Shown: positions 44,934 to 55,371 of the stretch, piece by piece
How positions within the stretch are numbered: position 1 is the first letter of the stretch
Layout: each line of letters opens with the position of its first letter
Origin: a virus
IMG/VR virus record: IMGVR_UViG_3300044946_000220
Location: 38,035-102,034 of that record
Direction: 5' to 3' (one strand)
Length of the DNA: 64,000 nt
The notes under the pieces: generated by a model
What the model was told of the DNA's origin: nothing
Database searches by the model: none
Seen by the model: only the letters and a program-made list of their open reading frames with translations
Made by a program: the position numbers and the translations under genes

Positions 44934-47900
44934 TTGGACCTTATAAATAGGCAATCGGGCGAACTCGAAGCCCTTCCGGACGACGGAGCCGCCGTTGAAA
45001 GCGCGTTTCGATCGGGAACGCACGCTTTCAAGCCAAACCAGCTCGTCCCAATCAAGGCGCCAGACGGTAGTCTTGTACAAGTACCGGCAGCACACGCGCA
45101 GAAGGCGCTGGAGCTTGGCGGCACCATTGCCAGCGAAGCTGAGTGGCAAAAGGCGGATGACGAGGCAAGGTACGGCGGTATTGGCGGTGGCTTAGCTGCC
45201 GCTGGTGAGGGCTTCGTCCGCGGGCTCAGCGTCGGCACGTCTGATATGGCCGCCATCGAGGCGGCACGGGCAGCCAAGGGCGACGAAGCCGCCGAAGCTG
45301 TCCGGAAGCACCTTGCCGGCGTCAAACGCGCGCACCCGTGGATTTCCACAGGCACGGAGGTTGGCGGTGCGGTTGTTCCAACGCTTCTCAGCGAAGGCGC
45401 CGCAGCACCCGAAGAGGCCGCGCTCATTGGCGGCGAGAAGCTTGCTGGTGCTGGGCTAGAAGCGGGTGCTGAGCGGGCCGCAGCAGAAGGCGTTGAGGGC
45501 GCTGGAGCCACTGCTGAAGGGACAGGCCTCGGCGCCGACGGCCTTGGCGGAACCCCGCCCAACGTTCCAAGCAAACCCCCTCTCGTAGCCGATCCCGCCC
45601 TCGAAGCCGCTCAGGCTGCCGAAGCCGCTCCCACAATCGCCCCCAAGGGCCATAGCTTCGTCTCCCAGGCGCTTCAGTACACTCCAGCGGGCCTTACCTC
45701 AAAGCTGGGCCTGGCCGCTGAGCACGCCGCTGGGCAGGTTCTAGGGGCCACTTCCGCCCGTGGGGCCATTGGCCGCATCATCGGTGCCGGCGTCCGCGCA
45801 GCCGCCTCTGGGGCGGTGGAGGGCCCCATCTACGGGGCCGGGGACTACCTTTCCGAAAGCGCGCTGGGGGACGAAGACCTCAACGGCGAGAAGTTCGTTG
45901 CGGCCCTTGGGCACGGGCTGGCTTACGGCCTACTTGCCGGCGGCGTTGGCGGGGCCTCCCTTCACGGCCTTGGTGAGGTTGGCCAGGCGCTCCTCCGGCG
46001 CGCCAGCCCGTACATTATGAAGTCCGCTGGCGAGGAGGCATTTCGCGCCACCGGCGCTGTGCTCAGCCAGTCAAAACGAGCGGAAGGTTTTGGCGGCATA
46101 GCAGACGCCGGGCAAACCTTTCTGAAGCACGGCATCATAGGAGACACGCTTTCCGCGGCTTATGATGCTTCTCCAGAGAACCTGGTCCCACGATTTGAAG
46201 TTGCGATTGAAGGCCTGCGCAAAGACATTGAAAACATCAGGCGAGTAAACAACCTCAATCGCCCAGCGGAAGTTACGGCGCAGGAGCTACACGATGCCAT
46301 TGACGCACACATATCCTCCCTGCGCAGAAGCGTAATCGGCAAGGATGATGCGAAGGCAGTAGAGAGTTTCAGAGACGATTTGCTGGAACACTTTGGTGCA
46401 CTTCAGCGAGACGTCGTTGCGCCTACGGAAGCTCCCGAGCGTCGCATGTGGAAGTCTCTGGAGCCTAATTCCAGAGCCACAGCCGAGGCTGAGAAGAGGG
46501 CAGGTGGCGTCGATGCCGTTGGCAAGTCGCTTCTGGACGCCGGGATAAAGCCGCTGGAGCCTGGCGCATCGTACGAGGACTTTTTCAACGAAATCGATAA
46601 GGCTACCGACGCTGCCGGCGCTCATGTCGGCAACCTTGCCACGCAGGCCAACGTTGCTGGGCGAGTGCCAGCGCAGAGCGTGCTCAACGCGGTTGACAGC
46701 GTCATTGACGAAGTGCGCGGCAAGGCTGGCCACGAGGGCATCGTATCAAGCCTTGAAGACGCAAAAATGTCTATCGCCGAGAGGCTTGGCATAAGGGTAG
46801 ACCGCGCTGGTGCGCACGACGATGCTGTGCGTGCCCTGCGTCTCAACATCGAAAAAACAGGCATTGAGCCTGGTACGGCACGCTGGCGGGAAGCCGTGAG
46901 TAACCTGGAAAAGTACAACATCTCCAGCCAGATAAAGAAGCAGGCCGCTTCAGACATTTCATTTGCCACGTTGCGCGGGGCGCGCCAGGACATCGACCAG
47001 ATTGCCTTTAGGGAGGCCAAGGCGCTTGATCCTAAGCTGCGCGTTGAGTACCTGCGCAACATCCGCAGCAAGCTAGCTGACGTTGAGCTGTCGATGATCG
47101 ACGATGCCCACCTCGGCGAGGAGTACAAGGCGGCCAAGAAGCAGTACCAGAGACTTCTGATCGCGCAAGAATCCGCAGACAACGCCAGGATGAAGCGCCT
47201 TCGCGGATTCTCTCCGAAGGTAAAGGGGCCAGAATTTGGACCGGCCAAGCTGATCGGCGACAAGACCATCTCCTTCAACGCCCTTGAAGAGCAGCGACTT
47301 TTGATGGGCAAGAAGCTGTACCCGCGAGGAATGCCGGACTCTGGGCACCTATATCCGGACAAGTCGCCTCGCACAATGGCAATGCGTGGAATCCACGAGT
47401 CTCTTGGCGACCTAACGCTAAAGGCGATGGATAATGCCGCCAAGGGCACTAAGCTTGAGGGCGTAAGCAGCGCGATAAAGAAAAAAATGCTGGAGTACGC
47501 ACAGCTCCAGATTGGAAGGGACGCTGCAGAGCATTCCCTAGCCAGGACAGCTACCAACAGGAAGCTGTCTCTAACAGATTACCTTTCACATAGTGGAGGC
47601 GGCGCCGCTGGACTAGTTGTTGGTCTGGCCACCGGACACGTTGGCGCAGGAATCATTGCGGGGCACGCGGCCAATTGGTTTGGCAGATATGCACACAAAA
47701 CCATACGAGAGCACGGTAACGCGCTCGCCGCATATAGCCTTGCCAAAATATCTAACCTGGACATGATCGCCCGCGCCACCAAGAGCGTAGACAGCGAACT
47801 GGACGCCAGTATCGCCTCGCTTACCGGCCGCGCAAAACCCCGTGCACGTGTACACCGCTTCTCCGGCCCAGACGACAAGGCGTCACCCGAGAAGAAGTAC

Positions 47901-48545
47901 GAAGATGCGCACCAGCAGATCAGCCCTTACCGTGACATCGCCGAGCAGCACGTGGAAGACGCGCTACCTGGCATGACGCAGCACGCGCCGAAGACGTCCA
48001 GCGCCGTTGTGCGCGCCGTCAACACGGGTGCCGTGTACCTCAAGTCCAAGCAGCCCACCGCCCTCAATGCGCCGTCTATCGTTGACCCGAATCCGAAGCC
48101 GCGCACAGACGACGTGTCCGCCGAGGAGTTCCACCAGGTGCGCAAGGCCGTGGACGATCCGGTTGGAGTGCTTCGTGACGGCATTGAGAACGGCAAGATT
48201 ACGCGCGCGCAGGTAGACGCGATCAAAGACACGAAGCCGGCGCTTCTGGCGGACGTGCAGCGCAAGCTTGTGACTGAGCTTTCCAAGCCGCGCAAAGAGC
48301 AGATCCCGTACGAGAAGCTGACAAGCCTGAGCCTCATCTTCGGCGTCGCCGCAGACCCCACACTGGACCCCGCGCACGTGCAGGTTTACCAGGCCTCGTA
48401 CCCGCCGCAGAAGGATCCGCTTGCGCCAGACGCCAGTAGCGGCGGCGCAATGAAGCCGTCTAGTTCTCCGGCGAAGCTGGGCGGTACCAAGGTTTTCTCG
48501 CAAAGCGCAATGACTGGGCTCGATAGAGCCTCCATGGCGCACTGA
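44934..48545 (+). CDS. large internal virion/DNA ejection protein
   Basis: 1203 aa Ala/Gly-rich helical protein, last of three. Confidence 0.75.
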   Translation: MDLINRQSGELEALPDDGAAVESAFRSGTHAFKPNQLVPIKAPDGSLVQVPAAHAQKALELGGTIASEAEWQKADDEARYGGIGGGLAAAGEGFVRGLSVGTSDMAAIEAARAAKGDEAAEAVRKHLAGVKRAHPWISTGTEVGGAVVPTLLSEGAAAPEEAALIGGEKLAGAGLEAGAERAAAEGVEGAGATAEGTGLGADGLGGTPPNVPSKPPLVADPALEAAQAAEAAPTIAPKGHSFVSQALQYTPAGLTSKLGLAAEHAAGQVLGATSARGAIGRIIGAGVRAAASGAVEGPIYGAGDYLSESALGDEDLNGEKFVAALGHGLAYGLLAGGVGGASLHGLGEVGQALLRRASPYIMKSAGEEAFRATGAVLSQSKRAEGFGGIADAGQTFLKHGIIGDTLSAAYDASPENLVPRFEVAIEGLRKDIENIRRVNNLNRPAEVTAQELHDAIDAHISSLRRSVIGKDDAKAVESFRDDLLEHFGALQRDVVAPTEAPERRMWKSLEPNSRATAEAEKRAGGVDAVGKSLLDAGIKPLEPGASYEDFFNEIDKATDAAGAHVGNLATQANVAGRVPAQSVLNAVDSVIDEVRGKAGHEGIVSSLEDAKMSIAERLGIRVDRAGAHDDAVRALRLNIEKTGIEPGTARWREAVSNLEKYNISSQIKKQAASDISFATLRGARQDIDQIAFREAKALDPKLRVEYLRNIRSKLADVELSMIDDAHLGEEYKAAKKQYQRLLIAQESADNARMKRLRGFSPKVKGPEFGPAKLIGDKTISFNALEEQRLLMGKKLYPRGMPDSGHLYPDKSPRTMAMRGIHESLGDLTLKAMDNAAKGTKLEGVSSAIKKKMLEYAQLQIGRDAAEHSLARTATNRKLSLTDYLSHSGGGAAGLVVGLATGHVGAGIIAGHAANWFGRYAHKTIREHGNALAAYSLAKISNLDMIARATKSVDSELDASIASLTGRAKPRARVHRFSGPDDKASPEKKYEDAHQQISPYRDIAEQHVEDALPGMTQHAPKTSSAVVRAVNTGAVYLKSKQPTALNAPSIVDPNPKPRTDDVSAEEFHQVRKAVDDPVGVLRDGIENGKITRAQVDAIKDTKPALLADVQRKLVTELSKPRKEQIPYEKLTSLSLIFGVAADPTLDPAHVQVYQASYPPQKDPLAPDASSGGAMKPSSSPAKLGGTKVFSQSAMTGLDRASMAH

Positions 48546-48577
48546 TTCGTCACGACAACTTACGTTACAGGACACGC

Positions 48578-49057
48578 ATGTCACAGAGCCTTTTTAGTAA
48601 ACTTTCGGACGAAATAACAGCGCCTACCGTTGGGACTATTTCGGTGCTCGTTGCCAACACGACGGCGCAGATAATCGACCTCGGGTCGCTCGGCAATCAG
48701 TCGCTTGATATGCGCAACGCAGACGCGCTTCCGGTTGCTGGAGATTATGCTTCGCCGGGCAGTGCAACAATCGCCAACCAGGGACAGTCTCAGGGTGGCG
48801 TCATCGGCCGTTTCGTAGAATTCTACTGTGACTCAATTGATGTTGGTCTCATCTTCGGGGCCAACGCTGCGGTGTTGGGTGGCGCAAATGCCGCCTCACT
48901 TTCTGCTGTTGGAACCAACGGCGCGGGCTGTTGCGCGCGCGTACCGGGAGCCAGTTTTCGCACGTATTTCGTACATCCAGCAGCTAGATTCATGAGTTAC
49001 ATCGCGGCCAACACTACGTCGAATATTCGTATCATGGCCACCTCCCGCACCGGCTGA
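48578..49057 (+). CDS. putative tail fibre adaptor/virion protein
   Basis: AGGA RBS; first gene of fibre cluster. Confidence 0.55.
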   Translation: MSQSLFSKLSDEITAPTVGTISVLVANTTAQIIDLGSLGNQSLDMRNADALPVAGDYASPGSATIANQGQSQGGVIGRFVEFYCDSIDVGLIFGANAAVLGGANAASLSAVGTNGAGCCARVPGASFRTYFVHPAARFMSYIAANTTSNIRIMATSRTG

Positions 49058-49060
49058 TCC

Positions 49061-50383
49061 GTGTCACTTCGCAGAAACGCACGCGGCGGCGACCGCAGGC
49101 TGAGTGGACTGCCGGCATTTGGGGCCGGCGGTGGACTGCCGTTTACGCCTGCCTCCATTGCTGGACTTGCGCTATGGCTCAGGGCCGACTCCGGCATCAC
49201 TACTGTCAACGGCGTTGTCACACAGTGGGTTGACAAAAGCTCAAACGGCTACGTCTTTACCGGCCAAGGCACTGCCGTAATTGCGTTTCTTGGAACCGGC
49301 TCTGCCACAAGCACAACGGTTACCGTTTCTGAGGCTGTGAACGCTGGCGACACCATACTCGTAGGCGTGGCCGGTGTGACGGCACCAACAGATAACGCGG
49401 TTGGCGGATCAAACGCGTACGTTGCGATTGAAACAGCGCTTGGCGGTACATTGAGCGTGTACGGATGCGTTTCGGCGAAGGCCGCGAGTGCGGGAGCACT
49501 TGTGATCACCGGAGGCGGCGCATCTCTCGTTACGTATGCCCACTATTCTGGCGTTGGCTCGTTTGACACGGCCGTCAGCGCCAACACCGGCGCGGCATCC
49601 AATCCAGACCCAGGAAACGTTACCCCAACAGCCGCTGGCGAGACAATTGTCGCCGTAACGATAGCGGCAACCGTAGAAACCGCCGGCTCTGGCTACGCTC
49701 TACGCGCTGCTGGATCGGCAACCGCGCCGGCTTGGCAGGACAAGATTGGTGCAGGAACCGGATCGACATCTGCGGCTTTCGGAACGTCCGCAACCTCCTG
49801 GTCTGCGGCGGCGGTCACGATGATACCGGCCAGTTCCCCGCCGTCTTTCAACGCCAGTGACGCTAACTACAATGGCACGCCTACGATCTCGTTCCTGTCT
49901 GCCAATAAGCAGCGACTGTCCGTTGGATCTCTTGCGTACACACAGCCAATAACGTACCTCGCCGTTTTCGAGGTCACAAACGCCAACGGGTCACTATTGG
50001 ACGGATCTTCGTCCAACTACAACAACCTTTACTTCGGCCCGGTAGTCACACCGCAGGTGCCGCGCATGTTCGCCCCCGCTCCTGCATTTGACTGGACCAG
50101 TGGTCCAAACTGCTCAACGAAGTCCGCGATTGCGGCGCTGTTCAATGCTGGTGGTTCCAAAATGTGGCAAGGGACTGTCGGCTCGGCGTCCCCGCTGAGT
50201 GGCTCATGTGGCGGACATGGCGTGGCCACATGGAGCATAGGTGGCGCAACCGGCGGCTCTGGCGATCCGTTTATGACCGGCAAGGTCGCGGAGTTCATCG
50301 CATACAACACGGCACTCACCAACGCTAATGTAGCGCAACTGTTTGCGTACTTCGCTGCTAGGTACGCAGTAACTGCCTCGTAA
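49061..50383 (+). CDS. lectin/LamG-like virion protein with inserted domain
   Basis: LALWLRADSG..QWVDKSSNG; GKVAEFIAYNTALT...YFAARY. Confidence 0.75.
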   Translation: MSLRRNARGGDRRLSGLPAFGAGGGLPFTPASIAGLALWLRADSGITTVNGVVTQWVDKSSNGYVFTGQGTAVIAFLGTGSATSTTVTVSEAVNAGDTILVGVAGVTAPTDNAVGGSNAYVAIETALGGTLSVYGCVSAKAASAGALVITGGGASLVTYAHYSGVGSFDTAVSANTGAASNPDPGNVTPTAAGETIVAVTIAATVETAGSGYALRAAGSATAPAWQDKIGAGTGSTSAAFGTSATSWSAAAVTMIPASSPPSFNASDANYNGTPTISFLSANKQRLSVGSLAYTQPITYLAVFEVTNANGSLLDGSSSNYNNLYFGPVVTPQVPRMFAPAPAFDWTSGPNCSTKSAIAALFNAGGSKMWQGTVGSASPLSGSCGGHGVATWSIGGATGGSGDPFMTGKVAEFIAYNTALTNANVAQLFAYFAARYAVTAS

Positions 50384-50393
50384 GGTCACTCCC

Positions 50394-52679
50394 ATGGCTA
50401 CAAACGGATTCGTTGTTTTTGGCGGCCAGGCTGTCCCGGTCAGCAACAGCCTTAGCATCGCCTTCGATGTCACCACGTTCGGGGCTGCTGGCAACGGCGT
50501 ATCTGACGACACGGCCGCCGTCAATTTAGCGGCAGCAGCGGTGACGTCTGCGGGCGGAGGGTTCCTGCACTTTCCGGCAACAACGTCGTTCTACAAACTA
50601 TCGTCCGCCATATCTATACCATCAAACACAACCGTTTTGGTAGAAGGTACCGTATCACAAACATCTGTAGGCAAGCACCTTTTCACGGCCACTGGCCAGA
50701 GCAACATAAAGGTGTCTGGTTCTGGGAAACTGCAGGGCTTGGGCGGCGCAACATTCCTGTCCACAGAACATGCACTTTTTTTCACGAACTGTCAGTTCGT
50801 GTCTATCGACAGCGGACTAGACATCAACACATTCGCAGGACACGGGATTTACCTAGTAGGCTGCTCTGACGTACAGATTGGCGCAGTCACCATATACAAC
50901 ATTGCGGGCGGCGTAAGGCTACAGGGCAACACGCGCGTATCCATCGTTGGTGCCACTCTTAGAGACCCATCTACAGCCCCATCAACGTTCACTGGCGGAT
51001 TCTTCCTCGACTCCACTGATGGGAACACTTATCCTCCAAATTCAGACGTCACATTCGTTGGGTGTCGATGTAAAGGCTACATCAACGCACAGAGCTTTGA
51101 GGCGCATGCTGGTGTTAGGGTAAATTACGTTGGCTGCACGGCCGAAAACTCAAACATAGGATTTTCAATAAATCCGTATTCGCCGGCCGCGACAGGCTAT
51201 TGTGTTCTGTCGTCCGGGTTTACCATGCCGCCCGTTGGACAAAGCGTTACGATTGGCTTCGGAACCGGTGCAGGCCCAACCGTAGGCCAGTATGTCATTG
51301 CCGCAAACGGAGTTCTTTCTGGTACCATAAGCGCCGCCTTCGGATCTACTTCCGTCACGTTCTCGAACTCGCAGAGTCTCGCCGCAGGTACGCTTCTAAA
51401 CATAAATGGCGTTGTGTACACGCTCGCCAGTATGGTGTCCAGTTCAACAACCGGTACGCTAGTTACTCCATATTCGTCAAGCACGGCTTCTGGTCTTTCC
51501 GTCACAACCTACGGCGGCTACATGCAGGCGACTGCGGTTGGTGGCGGCAACATAACGCTTCTCAACGTAGGTGACGAGTACAATGCCGCTGCCGGCGCCA
51601 CCGTGGCGTCCGGCGCCTACATTTTGCCTGGTGACATAGCTAGAAATATAAACTACACTGGATGTAGTTACCAGGGGCAGTCTACAACAACCGCTTACTC
51701 AGACTTAGTACAGCACGGATTTTTTGCCGGCGGTGATCCAAACAATCCTGTCAGAAACGTCTCTATCACCGGCGGCACCGTAGACAACGCTGGATATGGT
51801 AGCGCGGACATACCCGGTGCTGGGGTCTATACAACGAACGCACAGAAGGTCACGCTTACAGGCGTTACGTTTGACAACTGTTGGGGGAGTGCCGTTTACC
51901 TGGACTCAGGAACGCTTGACTTAGATGCATCAGCGTTCAACGTGTCCAATGTACAGACTGTGCTCGGATACGCTGCCGGAGTTTTTGTTGCTGCGCCAGG
52001 GATCACCGGACACGTCCACGATTTCACGGTTGACACTGCAATATACGGAGTGGAATTTTATTCTAGCGCAAATCCATTATCCCCATGGTTGTCAATAGAT
52101 CGCTTTTCGTCGATCGGCTGTTCTTCCGGAAGGGCTGGCGCCCCACAGTTTGGGGTTGTGGATGGAGTGCTTTATAAGCCAACAAACTCGACCACTGTTA
52201 CGCTGTCTCCGTACGTGAGCACTGTTCGACTAAACGATAACACGGCGACCACAATTACGCAGCCCATGGGTGGGGCGTTCAATGGACAGGAAATTGTATT
52301 CCAAGACATTAGCGGCAATTCCACGATAAACCGCGCGACCGCGTACCTGTCTGGAGAGACAGTATGGTCCGGAGCCGTGCCGCCGTCTCTGTCTGGAACG
52401 GCGAACGTTGTTACAGGATCTGCCAATGTTATGTTCTCTACGGTGCAGACACTTGCCGCCAATTCCCCGATCGTGTTTTCCGTACAGCAGCAGAAAGTGT
52501 ATAGGATACTGAACTCAATAAGCGCAAACACGGCCGCGCAACTGACAGAAACTTTTAGCGGTCAATCCAACCTTACATCTTCTATGGTCGGCTATCAAGT
52601 TGGTACCGGCGTATTGCGTCTAAAGTATAGTTCCGACTTGGGCGCGGCCGTGGAGCTTTTCAGAAACGTGAGTGGTTGA
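50394..52679 (+). CDS. tailspike, pectate-lyase-like beta-helix
   Basis: DVTTFGAAGNGVSDDTAAV...GGGFLHFP then beta-helix repeats. Confidence 0.85.
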   Translation: MATNGFVVFGGQAVPVSNSLSIAFDVTTFGAAGNGVSDDTAAVNLAAAAVTSAGGGFLHFPATTSFYKLSSAISIPSNTTVLVEGTVSQTSVGKHLFTATGQSNIKVSGSGKLQGLGGATFLSTEHALFFTNCQFVSIDSGLDINTFAGHGIYLVGCSDVQIGAVTIYNIAGGVRLQGNTRVSIVGATLRDPSTAPSTFTGGFFLDSTDGNTYPPNSDVTFVGCRCKGYINAQSFEAHAGVRVNYVGCTAENSNIGFSINPYSPAATGYCVLSSGFTMPPVGQSVTIGFGTGAGPTVGQYVIAANGVLSGTISAAFGSTSVTFSNSQSLAAGTLLNINGVVYTLASMVSSSTTGTLVTPYSSSTASGLSVTTYGGYMQATAVGGGNITLLNVGDEYNAAAGATVASGAYILPGDIARNINYTGCSYQGQSTTTAYSDLVQHGFFAGGDPNNPVRNVSITGGTVDNAGYGSADIPGAGVYTTNAQKVTLTGVTFDNCWGSAVYLDSGTLDLDASAFNVSNVQTVLGYAAGVFVAAPGITGHVHDFTVDTAIYGVEFYSSANPLSPWLSIDRFSSIGCSSGRAGAPQFGVVDGVLYKPTNSTTVTLSPYVSTVRLNDNTATTITQPMGGAFNGQEIVFQDISGNSTINRATAYLSGETVWSGAVPPSLSGTANVVTGSANVMFSTVQTLAANSPIVFSVQQQKVYRILNSISANTAAQLTETFSGQSNLTSSMVGYQVGTGVLRLKYSSDLGAAVELFRNVSG

Positions 52680-54157
52680 TGTCCACCATACCTGGTTTCG
52701 TGATCTTTGGCGGAGAGGCCGTCCCCATCGGCGTCGGATCCGCCCCTTCCGTCGTCGGCTCCGGCCTCTGGCACTCAACGCTGTCCGCGCTGGACTCGCT
52801 CGCTTACATCGGCGCGAACAACCAGATCCTGGTTACCAACAGCGCCGGGACTGACACCACGTGGATCACAGCTGCTGGCGACATAAAGTACGCTGCCAAC
52901 GTATGGACCGTCACCGGCCTGCAGGGCCGCGCGGTGTCCAATGCTGCGCCGAGCAATGCTCAAGTGCTTACTTGGAGCACCTCGGCCAACGCGTGGGGCC
53001 CAGCGTCTTCCGTAGGTGGCGCCCTCAACGCCTACGGCGGCGACATCTCGAGCACGTCCACGTCTAACGTCCAGTTCATCCAGTCTCTGAGCGCAAACGC
53101 TTCCGGCTTCGGGCACGGCGCTGTAGCGCCCATCGCCGTCAACGGCAGCGGTGCGGCACTAAACTGGGTGGACACGCAGGTCAAGCTACAGGATTCCAAT
53201 ACGACGGTGCTTCAACTCGGCGCGGCGGCGACGGACTACATCGCCCTCGGCGCCTCTGGACCCAACGCAGGTTTGGTACGCGTGGGTACCGGCACGCTTC
53301 CGATCAACATTATCGAAACCACGCTCTCTGGCGGCGCAACCCCGTTGATGACGCTGGACGGTAGCGGAAACCTAGACATCGGCCCCACAACAGCCGGCAC
53401 TGGCGTTGGCGTCAACACGAACATTTTCGCTCAGGGCGCGGGTGGCAGCGCTAACCCAGGCGGCAACATCGGCCTATTCCCTGGCGACGGCACTACCACC
53501 GGCACGCCAGGATCTGTTCTCGTCAGCCTTTCCCCTCCTCCCGGCGCAGGCAACAACCCACAGGGGCTCGTCATTGAGATGGGGGCCACTACTGACATTC
53601 AACTGGGACCGCTTGCTGGCACCAGCCTAACGCAGTCCGCGCTGTACATGTCGTACGGGTTCACCGCGAACACGTTTGCCAACACCACCAACTACACGCT
53701 CAAGGGCAACTCTTTCAACACCGTTCTGTCTGGGCCAAGCGAGGTTGACATTGCGGTTGCCGGTGGCGCGAAGATCGTAGAAGTCAACTCACTTGGCGTA
53801 TTCCTGGGCCAGCCGCTTGGCGGACTGCCCACGTCTAACGCGGCCACCTCTGCGCTTGCGTACCAGTTCGGCTCTGTGCCCATCACGGCAGGCGCCAACA
53901 ACGTGCTGACCAACGTACAGGTGGCCAACCCGATACTTCTCTTCACTGGAGCCTGCAACGCAAGCGCTACAGCCATCACGCTTCCTGGGGTGCGCACTGA
54001 GTGGATTGCAGACTTCACGCAATGCACTGGTCTTGGGTCCAACACGTTTACAGTGCAATGCCCTACGGCAACCAAGACCATCACCATCAGCAGCAACGTT
54101 GTTCATCGCCTCTACTCTGACGGCGTCTCCTCCGTGTACAACCTGACTTACTCTTGA
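52676..54157 (+). CDS. tail fibre protein
   Basis: Gly/Ser/Thr/Asn-rich; TVTGLQGRAVS..APSNAQVLTW. Confidence 0.75.
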   Translation: MMSTIPGFVIFGGEAVPIGVGSAPSVVGSGLWHSTLSALDSLAYIGANNQILVTNSAGTDTTWITAAGDIKYAANVWTVTGLQGRAVSNAAPSNAQVLTWSTSANAWGPASSVGGALNAYGGDISSTSTSNVQFIQSLSANASGFGHGAVAPIAVNGSGAALNWVDTQVKLQDSNTTVLQLGAAATDYIALGASGPNAGLVRVGTGTLPINIIETTLSGGATPLMTLDGSGNLDIGPTTAGTGVGVNTNIFAQGAGGSANPGGNIGLFPGDGTTTGTPGSVLVSLSPPPGAGNNPQGLVIEMGATTDIQLGPLAGTSLTQSALYMSYGFTANTFANTTNYTLKGNSFNTVLSGPSEVDIAVAGGAKIVEVNSLGVFLGQPLGGLPTSNAATSALAYQFGSVPITAGANNVLTNVQVANPILLFTGACNASATAITLPGVRTEWIADFTQCTGLGSNTFTVQCPTATKTITISSNVVHRLYSDGVSSVYNLTYS

Positions 54158-54201
54158 TCCCTTAGCTTCGCTTTTCGCTTACGCCCGAAAGAACGCCGGC
54201 C

Positions 54202-54747
54202 ATGTCTGACGTGTCCACGCTAGAGTTGAAGTCCCTGCTTGAGCAGGCGGCTGTACGCGACGATCGCCGAAGGGAGGCGGACGTTGAATGGCGCACGCGC
54301 CTGGAGGGCGTGGTCAAGTCTCTAGCTGACGAGATGAGTAACTTTCGTAAGCGGCAGGATAGACTTGAGCACAAGACCGAGCAGATCGAAGCGGAGCTGC
54401 ATGGTGTTTCCGCCAAGGCCAGTTCCGCCCTGGACGCCACGGACCACCTTGAGGGCAGGCTAATTGGGGCGGTTGGGTCCATGGCTACCAAGATGTCGCT
54501 GAATGTTGACTCTAAAATGTCGCAGGTTGGCGCGCGCCTTGACGCACAAGACCGTGATATTCTCCATATCCGCAAGGAGACCGACAAGCAGACGCCAATC
54601 CTCACGTCCCTCCAGCTTCACATGGCCGGCACGGAGTCTACGTTCCACTTTCTCAAGTTCGCCGTCCCGCTCATCGGCGCCGCGCTCACCGTCCTGGTGC
54701 CAGCCCTCTGGTGGCTATTCTCCACCATCTATGCAGTACATCACTGA
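54202..54747 (+). CDS. coiled-coil protein with C-terminal transmembrane helix (lysis-region protein)
   Basis: Heptads then FAVPLIGAALTVLVPALWWLF. Confidence 0.65.
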   Translation: MSDVSTLELKSLLEQAAVRDDRRREADVEWRTRLEGVVKSLADEMSNFRKRQDRLEHKTEQIEAELHGVSAKASSALDATDHLEGRLIGAVGSMATKMSLNVDSKMSQVGARLDAQDRDILHIRKETDKQTPILTSLQLHMAGTESTFHFLKFAVPLIGAALTVLVPALWWLFSTIYAVHH

Positions 54748-54795
54748 CGCGCGTCGATCGATCGCGCTGTCGTAACCCAAACTCTAAGGATCTAC

Positions 54796-55371
54796 ATGCT
54801 CTCGTCTTTGAAACTGCCGCACTGGTTGCAGATCGTTGTAAGCGCGCTCGTTGTTCTCACCGCCTGGGCCATGCAGCAGGAGTCGTCCGGAAGCCTTGTG
54901 CTCCCCGCCGCCGCTGTTTCCGCGCTCACCGTTGTTTCCACACTGTTGGGGCTGTTTAGTCCTGCCGCTGGGGCGCCTTCTGGCCCGAGTGCGTTTAGCC
55001 GCGGGTTTTCGTCCGTGCGGGCGCTTGCAGTGGCCTCGGTCATTGGGCTTGCCGCGCTTGTCGGTTGCTCTTGGTTCTCAGCGAACAAGCCCGTGGTTGT
55101 GTCCGATTTGGGCGCAACTGCGGCGTGCGTGCTGACACAGGTTCTGTCTGGCGACGAAGACCCGCTCGCCGTTACTGCTGCGTGTGCTCCGGCCACACTG
55201 GCTGACGTGGTAGAGATCGTTGAAAGCCTGCTCGCTTTCTACACCCAGCCGGCCGCTGATGCCGGAGTTGACGCTGCGCCGCACGTTTCTTCTGCCAATG
55301 TCGCGCTTGTGGGCCACCTCCAGGCGCTGCACCTTCGGGCTGCGCAGCTCCAGGCGGCGGGCAAGAAGTAG
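54796..55371 (+). CDS. holin-like membrane protein with internal lipobox
   Basis: Two hydrophobic helices, then LAVASVIGLAALVGC. Confidence 0.55.
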   Translation: MLSSLKLPHWLQIVVSALVVLTAWAMQQESSGSLVLPAAAVSALTVVSTLLGLFSPAAGAPSGPSAFSRGFSSVRALAVASVIGLAALVGCSWFSANKPVVVSDLGATAACVLTQVLSGDEDPLAVTAACAPATLADVVEIVESLLAFYTQPAADAGVDAAPHVSSANVALVGHLQALHLRAAQLQAAGKK

